From contig JBAZZB010000001.1 in NCBI GenBank assembly GCA_041659045.1, positions 454,111 to 518,110 on the forward strand: 64,000 nucleotides of DNA, written 5' to 3'. Positions 54,006 to 63,323 of this stretch are shown in pieces (the stretch's first letter is position 1; each line of letters opens with the position of its first letter). The notes beneath the pieces were generated by a model. The model was not told the origin of the DNA. It did no database searches and saw only the letters and a list, made by a program, of their open reading frames with translations. This DNA is from Patescibacteria group bacterium. GTDB taxonomy: Bacteria; Patescibacteriota; Patescibacteriia; SG8-24; DYFX01. Made by a program: the position numbers and the translations under genes.

Positions 54006-54055
54006 CGAACCGTCAAGCAGACTCTGCACCCTTGACAAAACACGAAAAAACCGCG

Positions 54056-54535
54056 ATGGTTCCGGCGGAGGTCAACGTGCGCCCATACCTGATCGAGCTC
54101 GTTCTCTACACGGCACTGGCCTTCTCGGCCGAAGACATCTTCATCGGACTCGGCAACGTCGTCCGCAGCCTCTGGCGAAAGGAGAAGGTCGACTGGAAGC
54201 TGCCTTGCTGCACCAACCTGTGGAGTTTCCCGGTGTACGCCGTCTCGGCGACTCTGGCGTTCAACATCATGGACGTGGTGTCGCCGAACTTCTACGAAAA
54301 CGCCTGGTGGCAGCGAGGAGTGTTCTACGCCTTCTGTACCTATCTCTTCGAATTCTCGTGGGGTTTCATCCTCGAAGAGACGGTCGGCGAATGCCCGTGG
54401 CGCTACCGCAAGTCGTCGTGGCGGATCTGGCGATACATCAAGCCGGAATACGTCGGCCTCTGGTTCCTCTTCGGCTTCGCGCTTGAATGGATTCACCTCG
54501 AAGCGCTTCCCGTCGCCGTGGCCGCCTTCTCTTGA
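54056..54535 (+). CDS. DUF1113-like (putative ABC-transporter type IV) membrane protein
   Basis: FEFSWGFILEETVGECPWRY...SSWRIWRYIKPEY aromatic-rich multi-TM pattern. Start set at MVPAEVN (ATG 54056), so it does not overlap hrcA. Confidence 0.55.
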   Translation: MVPAEVNVRPYLIELVLYTALAFSAEDIFIGLGNVVRSLWRKEKVDWKLPCCTNLWSFPVYAVSATLAFNIMDVVSPNFYENAWWQRGVFYAFCTYLFEFSWGFILEETVGECPWRYRKSSWRIWRYIKPEYVGLWFLFGFALEWIHLEALPVAVAAFS

Positions 54536-54539
54536 CATG

Positions 54540-55295
54540 ACGGTCGTGATCTGCTAGAACGTAGCCATCGCGGAGTACGGAACAGGTGCGCGGCACCCGC
54601 TGAAGCGCACGGCCGAAAAGGGACGAGGTGGTCCCGCTATGAACCACTGAGGCTGTCCGTACTCCGCTTCGTTTCGATGAAAGGTCACCCTGTCCAGGGC
54701 AGTGACCAGGCGACTGTTCAGTCGATGTCTGTCAGGCAGAGAAGCGTGAGGCCTGTGAGGCCTCAACCCCCGCGCAATCTCACCTGGCCACCGTCGACGG
54801 CGTACGCAAGCGTGCCCTCCCTGCAATGGCATTCTGCCGCAGCATGGTCGAGAACCGCTTCCGTCCAGGCCAACGCGACGATCGTCGCATGGTCTTCGAC
54901 GCCAAGAACAGGGGCCTTTGGCCCATCTCCGGCGGACTTCCTTGTGGAGTCCGTTTTAATTTTTCTCCTTGCCTATCCGAAGCTCCTGCTTTAGGATGAC
55001 CACGCCTAAGGCTCGCCCGCGTGCGGGAGCAACGAGCTTGGCGGCTCCCGGCAGATGACGGATGCTCATACGGGCACGTCCAGCGGCACGGGGCCTACAA
55101 AGCAACGGTTCATCGAAGCTGGAACCAGGCGACGATCCGGCAACTGACTTCGGTCGGTTGGCACACGCACCGCCCTCCTTGCGGCTTGTAGAGAAAGGGA
55201 GACAGCGCTGCTTCCGGTCTCGTCGAAAGACGGGAACCTCGGTGCAGGATCGGCATTTCTCAGGCGGACTCTTTACGGGTCCGCTTTTTCTTTTG
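54540..55295 (+). ncRNA. Candidate structured non-coding RNA or long 3' UTR (unclassified)
   Basis: About 750 nt with no convincing ORF in any frame. Multiple stable hairpins (for example GGTCACCCTGtccAGGGCAGTGACC at about 54688-54713). Ends in a plus-strand intrinsic terminator GCGGACtctttacGGGTCCGCTTTTT (about 55265-55295). Confidence 0.25.
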
Positions 55296-55313
55296 TGTTA
55301 AACTGGAACGACT

Positions 55314-56327
55314 ATGAAAACACTCGACGACACAATTGGTCGCAATCCGCTCATGATCGGCGTGATCGTCGGATTCGGCGGCGCTGCACTCTGCCTCGTC
55401 ATCTTCCTCATCTTCACGGGACGCTCTCTCTATATGATCAGTGGAGAGAAGGCGAGCGGACAGATCACCGGCATCGCGGAGCGCGGCAGTCGCAAATCTT
55501 CGGAGACCTTTGCGCCTGTGGTCACGTTCACGACTCCGGATGGACGGACTCACAAGTTCACGTCCGCACTCAGCACGGGAGCGATTCCCAAAATCGGCCA
55601 GCGTGTTGAGGTGCTCTATAATCCTAAAAGCCCCGGAAGCGCCGAAATCAACTCCTTCTCGGCGTTATGGCTCGGCTCGATCGCGTGTTTCATCGGACTC
55701 CTGGTCTTTTTGATGATCGGCTTCGCGGGCCGTCACGCCGTGCGGAAGCGGGAACGTTTCCTGCGCAACGGAGCGCGCGTTGACGCAACGATCGTCGAAG
55801 CCAGCGCTGTCAAAAACGCTTGGCAGCCGACGCTCACGCCGCAAACGATCCAATCAAAATTCGGCTGGAACATCAGCGCCACGGCGATCGATCCGATCTC
55901 GGGCGCTGCGCGCACCTATACGGGAAAGTTGGCCGGTTCAAAACCGTCTGCGATCAATCCCCTTCGCCTCGGAGCAAAAACCGTGCCGGTGTACGTCGAT
56001 CGTACCGATCCGGCGCAGTACTACATGGACGTCAATCAGCTGACGCCGTTAAACTTGTTTCCTGAAAAGTTCGCCGGCAAGACAATGTTTCAGCAAATAG
56101 GCGTCATGAACGAGCTCCGAAAGGAAGCCGAGCGCGGAAGCGAAAGTTTCGTCAACCCGTCACCGAACGCGTTCATGCCCGACGCTGACAAGTTGTTTAA
56201 AAAGGTATCGCCTGACCTCGCAAAATTCGTAGCGGAAGCCAAAGCCGCTGGTCAAGACACGGAAACGATCCGCAAAGCGCTCCTCACTGCCGGTTGGGGC
56301 TCGGCTGATATCGACAAGGCACTGTAA
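55314..56327 (+). CDS. DUF3592-like membrane protein with C-terminal soluble domain
   Basis: Two TM helices flank a beta-domain (GEKASGQITGIAERGS...TFTTPDGRTHKF), as in DUF3592. Followed by a terminator. Confidence 0.55.
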   Translation: MKTLDDTIGRNPLMIGVIVGFGGAALCLVIFLIFTGRSLYMISGEKASGQITGIAERGSRKSSETFAPVVTFTTPDGRTHKFTSALSTGAIPKIGQRVEVLYNPKSPGSAEINSFSALWLGSIACFIGLLVFLMIGFAGRHAVRKRERFLRNGARVDATIVEASAVKNAWQPTLTPQTIQSKFGWNISATAIDPISGAARTYTGKLAGSKPSAINPLRLGAKTVPVYVDRTDPAQYYMDVNQLTPLNLFPEKFAGKTMFQQIGVMNELRKEAERGSESFVNPSPNAFMPDADKLFKKVSPDLAKFVAEAKAAGQDTETIRKALLTAGWGSADIDKAL

Positions 56328-56329
56328 AG

Positions 56330-56356
56330 AAAAAGCCCTGAGTGTCAGGGCTTGCG
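56330..56356. terminator. Bidirectional rho-independent terminator
   Basis: AAAAAGCCCTGAgtgTCAGGGCTTG. Confidence 0.5.
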
Positions 56357-56734
56357 TTTGCGCCGTAGCGGCGGCTTCCGCTTCGGCGTGCTGGGTTTGA
56401 CGACCTTGGTCGGCGAGATCTTGCGCTTGGCCTTGAGAGCCGCGGGGGCTCGCGTCGGCACGGGTGAACGTCGGACAGACGGCAGGATCGGCGTCACGAA
56501 TCCCTTGTTCAGACCCGCAAGTACGCGATTTCGGCGCTCTTGGTCGCGAGCTTCGCCTTGCTCGAAGAATTCCGCGATTGCGGGGTCGTCGGATTGCACG
56601 ACACGAAACGACTCGGGGTGCTCAAGATCCATGATGACGATCTTGGCATCACTCGCCGCCGCTTGATCAACCGCCGCGCCAAGCGACAGTGCGAGGAGCG
56701 AAAGATTGAGACTGCGTGAACGAGGTGCGCTCAT
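56345..56734 (-). CDS. Hypothetical secreted protein with Lys/Pro/Arg-rich C-terminal tail
   Basis: Signal peptide MSAPRSRSLNLSLLALSLGAAVDQAAA. Highly basic C-terminus. Confidence 0.4.
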   Translation of the reverse strand: MSAPRSRSLNLSLLALSLGAAVDQAAASDAKIVIMDLEHPESFRVVQSDDPAIAEFFEQGEARDQERRNRVLAGLNKGFVTPILPSVRRSPVPTRAPAALKAKRKISPTKVVKPSTPKRKPPLRRKRKP

Positions 56735-56916
56735 TTCTTCCTCCAGAGTCCGCCCAGCCAGAAGCCGAGCCAGGACGTATCGAAACGTTTACACGCTTTT
56801 TCCACAACAGCGATCAGATCAATCGCTCGAATGAGCACGTTTTTTTCTTCGGGACCGCCGGCGCCCATGTGATTCCTCCTGTGAACAGGGTTGCACGAAA
56901 AAGCTCGCGTGTCAAT

Positions 56917-59649
56917 CTAGAGCCAGTGCTTCGGGATGACGCCGCCTCGAATCAGCACTTTCCAACCCTCGACAAACCAGAGCACGGAAGAGCTGACGAG
57001 AATCGCGAGCGCCCATTCTTTCCAACCAACGCTCGCAAGACCGAAAACGTTTTGCAACGCCGGCACGTAGATAATGAGGGCGGCGTGCGCGATCGAAATT
57101 GAAACGCCGACGGGTACCCAACGATTGGCGCTGAAGCCGAGCTTGAAAACGGAAGTTGTCGCAGAACGTAGACTAAAGACGTTCCAAAGCTGAAAGAAGG
57201 TCATGGCGAGGAACGCGACAGTACGCGCATAGTTTTCGCCATCACGAACGTCTGCCCAACGGAACAGAAGAAGCGTACCAGCCGCCATGAGCACAGCGGT
57301 AAACACTGTCAGAATAAAGACGCTGCGAGAGAGCATGCGCGCGTTCTTACGACGCGGAGGATGCGATAATTCATCGCCGTGACGTCGTTCAGCGGCGAGC
57401 GCAACGCCGGTAAACCCGTCCGTCACCAAGTTCAACCAGAGAATCTGCGCGGGCAGAAGCGGGATCGGCAACGACAGAACAAGCGCGGCAAGAATCGTCA
57501 CAACCTCGCCGACGTTGGTCATGACAAGATACGCGACCGTTTGTTTGACGTTGCGATAGACGATGCGACCCTCTTCGACGGCCGCCACGATCGAAACAAA
57601 GTTGTCGTCGGAGAGCACCATCTCGGCGACCTCTTTAGTGACGTCGGTTCCGGTGATGCCCATGGCGATACCGATGTCCGCGCGCTTGAGCGCTGGCGCG
57701 TCGTTAATGCCATCGCCCGTCATGGCCACGGTATGACCGAGTGTTTGAAGCGCACTCACGATGCGCAGTTTTGTTTGCGGAGAAACGCGCGCGAACACGG
57801 CGGCGCGAGAGAGAATGCCGCGCAAGGCGTCGTCGGACAACGAGGCAACTTCATCATCGATAAATACTTTACCCGTGAGATCCTCGTCGCGATCCAAAAT
57901 ACCAACCTCACGCGCGATGGCCACGGCCGTATCGCGATGATCGCCCGTGTTCATGATGACGCGGATACCGGCGCGACGGCACTCGAGAATCGCCTCGCGC
58001 ACATCCTTGCGTGGCGGGTCGATCATGCCGACAAGACCGAGAATCGTCAGGCCGTGGAGATCTTTTTCATGTAGCTCGGCGTGCGCCATGTCGACGTGCT
58101 TGTAGGCGACCGCCAACACACGGAGCGCGCCATCAGCCATGTTCCGCGTCGCAGCTTCCAGGCGAGCGCGCATCTCGGCCGTCATGGGATGCGCCGCGCC
58201 TTTTTCGGTGGCGGCATCGGCCATGGCGAGAATCGATTCAACGGCGCCGACGATCATAATTTCGCGCGTCGGCTTGTCGCCAGGCGCGACGTACTCGTGC
58301 AAAATCGCTCGATATTTGCGATCGGAGGTAAATGGAATCTCGTCGACCGTTTTCTCGGCGCGGAGCAAATCATTTTTTTCGTATCCGCCCTTACCTGCCA
58401 TCACGACGAGCGCGGCTTCAGTCGGATCCCCTGAGGCGATCCAGCGTCCATCCTGTTTTTCAACCGCCGCGCTATTGCAGAGCGCGGCCACGCGCAAAAG
58501 ATGCAAAAACGAAGGGTGCTCAGCCGGCGAAGCTTTTTTTCCTTGAATCAGAAACTCCCCTTCTGGCGCCCAACCCTCACCCGTCACTTCGATTTCGTGC
58601 GTCAGCGTGAACGCTTTGCGCACCGTCATCTGGTTTTCCGTCAGCGTTCCTGTTTTGTCGGTGCAGATAACGTCGACCGTGCCGAGCGTTTCGACAGCTG
58701 GTAAACGGCGAGTGATCGCGTTGCGACGTGCCATGCGCTGCACGCCGATCGCGAGCACGACGGCGAGCACCGCCGGCAAGCCTTCAGGAATACTCGAAAC
58801 CGCCATGGCGATCGCGACAAGAAACATGTCGAGTGGTTCAAGACCCTGCCGCACGCCCACAAAGAAAATAATGCCCGCGCAAGCGATCGCGGCAATCGCT
58901 AAACCTCCACCGAGCCGATCGACGCGGCGCTCAAGAGGAGTTTTTTCGCGTTTGATGACGGAAAGAGATTGCGCGATTTGACCAAAGGCCGTGGCGCGTC
59001 CCGTGGCAATAACGACACCGGCGCCTTCGCCAGACGTCACGAGCGTGCCCATGAACGCGATACATGCACGATCACCGACCGAGGCGCTCTCCGCGACTGG
59101 TTGCAGTTTTTTTGAAGATGGCAGCGACTCCCCCGTGAGCGCGGCTTCGTCAATTTCAAGATCGCGAGAACGCACGAGACGCAGATCCGCGGAAATGCGA
59201 TCCCCTTGCGAGATGAGCACGACGTCGCCGGGTACCAGCTTGGAAGACTCAAGCCGAACGGTATGATCGTTTCGTTTCACCGTGACGGTCGGAACAACCA
59301 TCGCCTTGAGTTTCGAAAGCGCCGCTTCGGCTTTGCGTTCCTGCGCGTAGCCGATCAGCGCATTGGCAAGCACGATGATGCCAATCGCCGCGGCGTCAAG
59401 CGCGTGACCCGCGAAAAACGAAATGGCGGCAGCCACGAAAAGCACGTACACGAGCGCGTTCTTGAATTGCTTCAGAAACAAAAAGAACTTCGACGTCGAA
59501 GGTTCGGCGGGAAGTTCGTTCGGACCATAGGTTTCAAGCCGTGATACCGCCTCGCTGTCAGACAGGCCTTCCACCGACGTGGCAAGCGCGGTCAGCGTTT
59601 CATCGACGCCGAGCGCGTGCCAGGCGCGGTCATTGTTTTTCTTCATCAT
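56917..59649 (-). CDS. P-type cation-transporting ATPase (P2-type, Ca2+/Mg2+-like)
   Basis: DKTGTLT phosphorylation motif, TGES-like actuator motif and TGDGINDAPALKRADIGIAMG hinge motif. Ten predicted TM segments. Start set at ATG 59647-59649. Confidence 0.9.
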   Translation of the reverse strand: MMKKNNDRAWHALGVDETLTALATSVEGLSDSEAVSRLETYGPNELPAEPSTSKFFLFLKQFKNALVYVLFVAAAISFFAGHALDAAAIGIIVLANALIGYAQERKAEAALSKLKAMVVPTVTVKRNDHTVRLESSKLVPGDVVLISQGDRISADLRLVRSRDLEIDEAALTGESLPSSKKLQPVAESASVGDRACIAFMGTLVTSGEGAGVVIATGRATAFGQIAQSLSVIKREKTPLERRVDRLGGGLAIAAIACAGIIFFVGVRQGLEPLDMFLVAIAMAVSSIPEGLPAVLAVVLAIGVQRMARRNAITRRLPAVETLGTVDVICTDKTGTLTENQMTVRKAFTLTHEIEVTGEGWAPEGEFLIQGKKASPAEHPSFLHLLRVAALCNSAAVEKQDGRWIASGDPTEAALVVMAGKGGYEKNDLLRAEKTVDEIPFTSDRKYRAILHEYVAPGDKPTREIMIVGAVESILAMADAATEKGAAHPMTAEMRARLEAATRNMADGALRVLAVAYKHVDMAHAELHEKDLHGLTILGLVGMIDPPRKDVREAILECRRAGIRVIMNTGDHRDTAVAIAREVGILDRDEDLTGKVFIDDEVASLSDDALRGILSRAAVFARVSPQTKLRIVSALQTLGHTVAMTGDGINDAPALKRADIGIAMGITGTDVTKEVAEMVLSDDNFVSIVAAVEEGRIVYRNVKQTVAYLVMTNVGEVVTILAALVLSLPIPLLPAQILWLNLVTDGFTGVALAAERRHGDELSHPPRRKNARMLSRSVFILTVFTAVLMAAGTLLLFRWADVRDGENYARTVAFLAMTFFQLWNVFSLRSATTSVFKLGFSANRWVPVGVSISIAHAALIIYVPALQNVFGLASVGWKEWALAILVSSSVLWFVEGWKVLIRGGVIPKHWL

Positions 59650-60211
59650 GGGTCTCGCGGATTTCAGAGAGCAGCACATTCTCAACGCGGATGCCGCGCG
59701 GGAAAAAGATGCGCTCGAGCTCCTGCTTGGTTTCAATTTCGATCTGGTCGCGTTTGGCGGAGATGGCGTCGGCGAAGGTGAAGCGCGCCGCGATCATGCG
59801 CATGCGGCTGCGGATCGTCGGACGAACGATCTTCTGCACGAAGTCGTCACCGATCGTCTGCCAGATCGTCGGGATCTGCTCGATGTCGAGGCGCAAGAGC
59901 ACCGTACCTTCGACGGAAACGCGCTTGCCGTCGGCGGTTTGCGCCAAGACCGGTTCATCACCGAGCGCCTTGGCGTGCGTCGGATCAAACTCTTTGGAAA
60001 TCGAATACTCGAGCGTCTGCGTGTTAAACAGCTTGGCCTTCTGCCAAAACGGGATCTTCAAATGCAGTCCCGGCATCATCACTTTTTTCAAAACGCCGCG
60101 GCCCAAATCATAGACGCAGGCGACATAGCCGGGCGGCACGTGAATGAAGAGCCCTTTGAGGACATCTTCCACCACGAACGAATACATCATTTGGTCGAGT
60201 CGGTCGGCCAT
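59630..60211 (-). CDS. SPFH/band-7 (stomatin/prohibitin-like) domain protein
   Basis: VSVEGTVLLRLDIEQIPTIWQTIGDDFVQKIVRPTIRSRMRMIAARFTFADAISAKRDQIE matches the SPFH core. Overlaps the ATPase start. Confidence 0.6.
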   Translation of the reverse strand: MADRLDQMMYSFVVEDVLKGLFIHVPPGYVACVYDLGRGVLKKVMMPGLHLKIPFWQKAKLFNTQTLEYSISKEFDPTHAKALGDEPVLAQTADGKRVSVEGTVLLRLDIEQIPTIWQTIGDDFVQKIVRPTIRSRMRMIAARFTFADAISAKRDQIEIETKQELERIFFPRGIRVENVLLSEIRETHDEEKQ

Positions 60212-60849
60212 AGCGAGCGTCGAAGGTTAGAAACGGTCAGGGAAAACACCATCGATGTCAGGACAAACAGGCTCTTGGCCATCGGCAAGATCGACAATAC
60301 CACGACGGTAAAGACCGGGAAAGCGTAGCGATAGATGGCGTCTTTCTTCTGCAGAAGGTGCGCGACCTTGCGCTGCTGCAGCGAAATCTCGATAAAGAGG
60401 AGAAGACCGACGGCTGAAGCCCAATACAAGTTGCGCTCGCCGAGCTCCGTGCCGAAAAACGTCGTGTTGATCGGTTGAGCGAAGCTGCCGTAGATGCCGC
60501 GCTGAAAAACTTGATAGAGCACGATCATGACGATGAGCTGCACGAACAGGATCATCGCCTTGGCCCAATGGCTCACCTTGTGCTCCTTGAGAAAGGCGCG
60601 GATATGCTCCCCCGCCAACACCTCGTCGTACTTGAAACGCTCCTGAATTTCGGCGACCTGAGATTCAAGATGCTCGTAACGCGCCGCGTCGCGTTCTGCT
60701 TTGATCGTGAGCGGGATCAAAGCGAGACGCAAAAGAAAGGTCATCTCGATAACCGCCACGCCAAGGTTGCCGAAGGCGACGGTTTCGTAGAAAAAGATGA
60801 GGAGATCGAGAAGCGGCGCGACCAGCAAATTCCGCCACAAGTCAATCAT
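60187..60849 (-). CDS. yidC: Membrane protein insertase YidC/Oxa1 family (short form)
   Basis: GNLGVAVIEMTFLLRLALIPLTIKAERDAARYEHLESQVAEIQERFKYD and following TM segments match the YidC2/SpoIIIJ-type core. Confidence 0.6.
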   Translation of the reverse strand: MIDLWRNLLVAPLLDLLIFFYETVAFGNLGVAVIEMTFLLRLALIPLTIKAERDAARYEHLESQVAEIQERFKYDEVLAGEHIRAFLKEHKVSHWAKAMILFVQLIVMIVLYQVFQRGIYGSFAQPINTTFFGTELGERNLYWASAVGLLLFIEISLQQRKVAHLLQKKDAIYRYAFPVFTVVVLSILPMAKSLFVLTSMVFSLTVSNLRRSLWPTDSTK

Positions 60850-60856
60850 AGACGTC

Positions 60857-61849
60857 TTATCGTAATGACGGCAGTATAACAGTTTCGACGTCTCGAAGCG
60901 ACGTCGCCTGGTTCAAGCGAACGCGAATTTCTTTACTGTTCGGTTCGCCTTTGAAATACCAGGCAAAATGCTTGCGCATGAGCGTAACGCCGCGCTCTTC
61001 ACCGTAGCGCGCGATCATGAGCTTTGTGTGATCAAGCACCGTGCGCACGCGCGTTTCTTCGTCGATGATCGTTGTAATTTTTCCGTCTTTCAAAAGCTCT
61101 TCGATCTGTTTCAAGATCCAGGGATTGCCGAGCGCGCCGCGGGCGATCAACGTGCCGTCAGCACCGGATTGCTCCATCGCCGGCACGGCCGCTTCGGGCG
61201 TATGCACGTCGCCGTTCACGAGCACGGGAATCGAAACACGCTTCTTCACTTCACCGACCATCTTCCAATCGGCGACGCCAGAATAGCCTTGCGCCTTGGT
61301 GCGTCCGTGGACGGTCAGCAAATCGGCACCCGCTTGTTCCAAAATTGGCGCGAAGTCGAGGCACTCTCGCGGATCGCTCCACCCAAGGCGTATTTTTACC
61401 GAAAGCGGCACGGTGATGACGGCTTTCATTTTTCGAATGATCTCGGCGGCGCGCTCCGGCTCTTTCATAAGCGCAGCACCGTTGAAGTTCGAGGTGATCT
61501 TGTAGACGGGGCAACCCATGTTGATGTCGATGCCGTCCGGATGAAACCGCTCTTCAACAATGCGCGCGGCTTCGGCCATGGTGTCCGGGTCTGCGCCAAA
61601 AATTTGCTGGATGATTGGGCGCTCCGCTTCTTCAAACTTGCACATGTCGAGCGTCTTTTCGTTCAGGCGCACGATTGCTTCCGCCGAAACCATTTCGCGA
61701 AACACAATCTTGGCTCCGAAGCGCTTGGCGATCAAGCAGAATTCGGAGTCGGTCATATCGGCCATCGGCGACAGCGCGATGATTGGTTTTTCGATGGTTT
61801 TCCAAGAAAACATAAAAGCTACGCTAGGAATGTCCCAGCGTAGCTCCAA
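60857..61849 (-). CDS. dusB: tRNA-dihydrouridine synthase
   Basis: ALSPMADMTDSEF...IDINMGCPV...KIR TIM-barrel FMN motifs of the Dus family. Confidence 0.85.
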   Translation of the reverse strand: MELRWDIPSVAFMFSWKTIEKPIIALSPMADMTDSEFCLIAKRFGAKIVFREMVSAEAIVRLNEKTLDMCKFEEAERPIIQQIFGADPDTMAEAARIVEERFHPDGIDINMGCPVYKITSNFNGAALMKEPERAAEIIRKMKAVITVPLSVKIRLGWSDPRECLDFAPILEQAGADLLTVHGRTKAQGYSGVADWKMVGEVKKRVSIPVLVNGDVHTPEAAVPAMEQSGADGTLIARGALGNPWILKQIEELLKDGKITTIIDEETRVRTVLDHTKLMIARYGEERGVTLMRKHFAWYFKGEPNSKEIRVRLNQATSLRDVETVILPSLR

Positions 61850-61867
61850 TTTAGCTTTGCGTCAACG

Positions 61868-62344
61868 TTAGGCTTTGGGCACTGTCGGCATGGCGGCGTC
61901 GTGCTCGTTCGCGCTTTTTTTCATGAGCAGCGCGTCAACGCTGTACGCGCCGGCGCCGGAGAAAAAGAGGTTGAGAGAAGCGGCCAGAAGCAACACTTCG
62001 AGTTCAACTTTTGCCCAAGAAGAGAGACCCTTCGCGGCCAAAATCGCCACGACCATGGTCGACGCGTGCAGAAGCGCGATCGGGCGCACGGCCAAACCCA
62101 GGATCAAAAGAATACCTCCGAAGAATTCGACACCGCCAATGAACGGCGCCATGAGCCCCGGCATCGGTACGCCGATCTTGTCGAAGAAACCGGTCGTCAT
62201 GGCCAATCCTCCGAAGAGCTTCATCTTTCCGTGGAAGACAAAGATGGCGCCGACGGCAACGCGAAGGACGAGCTTGGCCACGTCGGCATTGCACGGCTTG
62301 CGCAGGCACGCCATGAGCGGATGATGCATGAGCTTGTGAAACAT
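61868..62344 (-). CDS. DoxX-family membrane protein
   Basis: Four TM helices with the AVGAIFVFHGKMKLFGG pattern. Start set at MFHKLMHH (ATG 62342-62344). Confidence 0.55.
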   Translation of the reverse strand: MFHKLMHHPLMACLRKPCNADVAKLVLRVAVGAIFVFHGKMKLFGGLAMTTGFFDKIGVPMPGLMAPFIGGVEFFGGILLILGLAVRPIALLHASTMVVAILAAKGLSSWAKVELEVLLLAASLNLFFSGAGAYSVDALLMKKSANEHDAAMPTVPKA

Positions 62345-62387
62345 AAAAACGGTTGGAATTAATTGCAGGTTCAACATAGCATACTAC

Positions 62388-62416
62388 TAGACAGTCTTCC
62401 ACTTGCATGCTATCTT
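62388..62416 (+). promoter_or_regulatory. Sigma70-type promoter for tRNA-Glu (TAGACA-17 nt-TATCTT)
   Basis: TAGACA at 62388-62393, a 17-nt spacer and TATCTT at 62411-62416, about 11 nt upstream of the tRNA. Confidence 0.45.
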
Positions 62417-62427
62417 CGTAAGCGCCT

Positions 62428-62506
62428 GGCGCGTTCGTCTAGCCCGGTCCAGGACGTCGCCTTCTCACGGCGAAAATCAGGGGTTCAAATCCCCTACGCG
62501 CTACCA
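62428..62506 (+). tRNA. tRNA-Glu (anticodon CTC)
   Basis: Hand-folded: acceptor GGCGCGT/ACGCGCT (G1-U72), D-arm GTCT/GGAC with loop AGCCCGGTCCA, anticodon arm TCGCC/GGCGA with loop TTCTCAC, T-arm AGGGG/CCCCT with loop TTCAAAT and an encoded CCA. Followed by a terminator hairpin. Confidence 0.8.
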
Positions 62507-62600
62507 GAAAGATCCCGCTCCCTTTTGGGAGGGGGCTTTTTCTTTGTATGTGCGTTGACAGAACGATGAAATTCAGCTAAGCCTTGGTGCGGAGGTTCGA

Positions 62601-63266
62601 GTGAGAAAAGACGATTTTTCCTTGGCGCGATCCGAACTCCTCGTGCTGACGAACACGGTGCCGGAGGGCGCCGAACTCTACGGCATCCTGTTTTACGGAA
62701 GAGCGCAGACGGACGTGGTACCTCTGTACCCTTTCGTGGCTGCGTGTTTCGAGAAATACCGTTGCCCGATTCTCATCAACGGTTCGGACGGCAGGAGACA
62801 TGACGGAACCGTTCCTCGGGAATCATGGCCGGGCGGCGAAGAGTACCGAGCACAGCTCGTCGCGCGCGGTGTACCTTCAAGCGCCATTCTGGAGGCCGAG
62901 CCCGCGCACAACACGAGCACCGAAACGGAAAGCTTTCTGAAGCTGTTGGGAGGTGACGCACGTACGTGTGCCGGCAAGAACCTCGCCATCGTGGCGCATC
63001 CGCATCAGCTTCTGCGCATCATGGCGACGCTCATTCAGAAGCTCGGCACGCACGCCGACTCCTGGCCGAGAATCTACTCGCTGTATCCGTCGAAAACGCG
63101 GTGGTTCGAAACCGTGGCCGGTTCCCAAGGAGAAAACGGCGACATCGCCAGAATCGATCACGCGGATCTCGAAGTCCGGCGCGTGCTCAACTACCAACGC
63201 AGGGATTGCGCCGACTACTGGCAACTCGAGGCCTACTTCCGCTGGCTGGAGACCGAAACATCTTAG
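62601..63266 (+). CDS. Hypothetical protein
   Basis: 221-aa ORF in a GC-rich stretch. No confident family assignment. Confidence 0.4.
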   Translation: MRKDDFSLARSELLVLTNTVPEGAELYGILFYGRAQTDVVPLYPFVAACFEKYRCPILINGSDGRRHDGTVPRESWPGGEEYRAQLVARGVPSSAILEAEPAHNTSTETESFLKLLGGDARTCAGKNLAIVAHPHQLLRIMATLIQKLGTHADSWPRIYSLYPSKTRWFETVAGSQGENGDIARIDHADLEVRRVLNYQRRDCADYWQLEAYFRWLETETS

Positions 63267-63323
63267 CCTCACCCTTGCGGTGAGGTCTTTTTTTTGGTAA
63301 GTGAATGATAGGAGAAATCGATC

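Noticed and set aside
54540-55295. RNase P RNA, tmRNA or SRP RNA assignment for the non-coding stretch.
   Set aside because: I could not locate the P4 helix landmarks (GGAAAGUCCGG with the ACAGAA..GGCUUA partner), the tmRNA acceptor/T-arm end with tag ORF, or a convincing SRP domain IV. It is left as unclassified rather than named.
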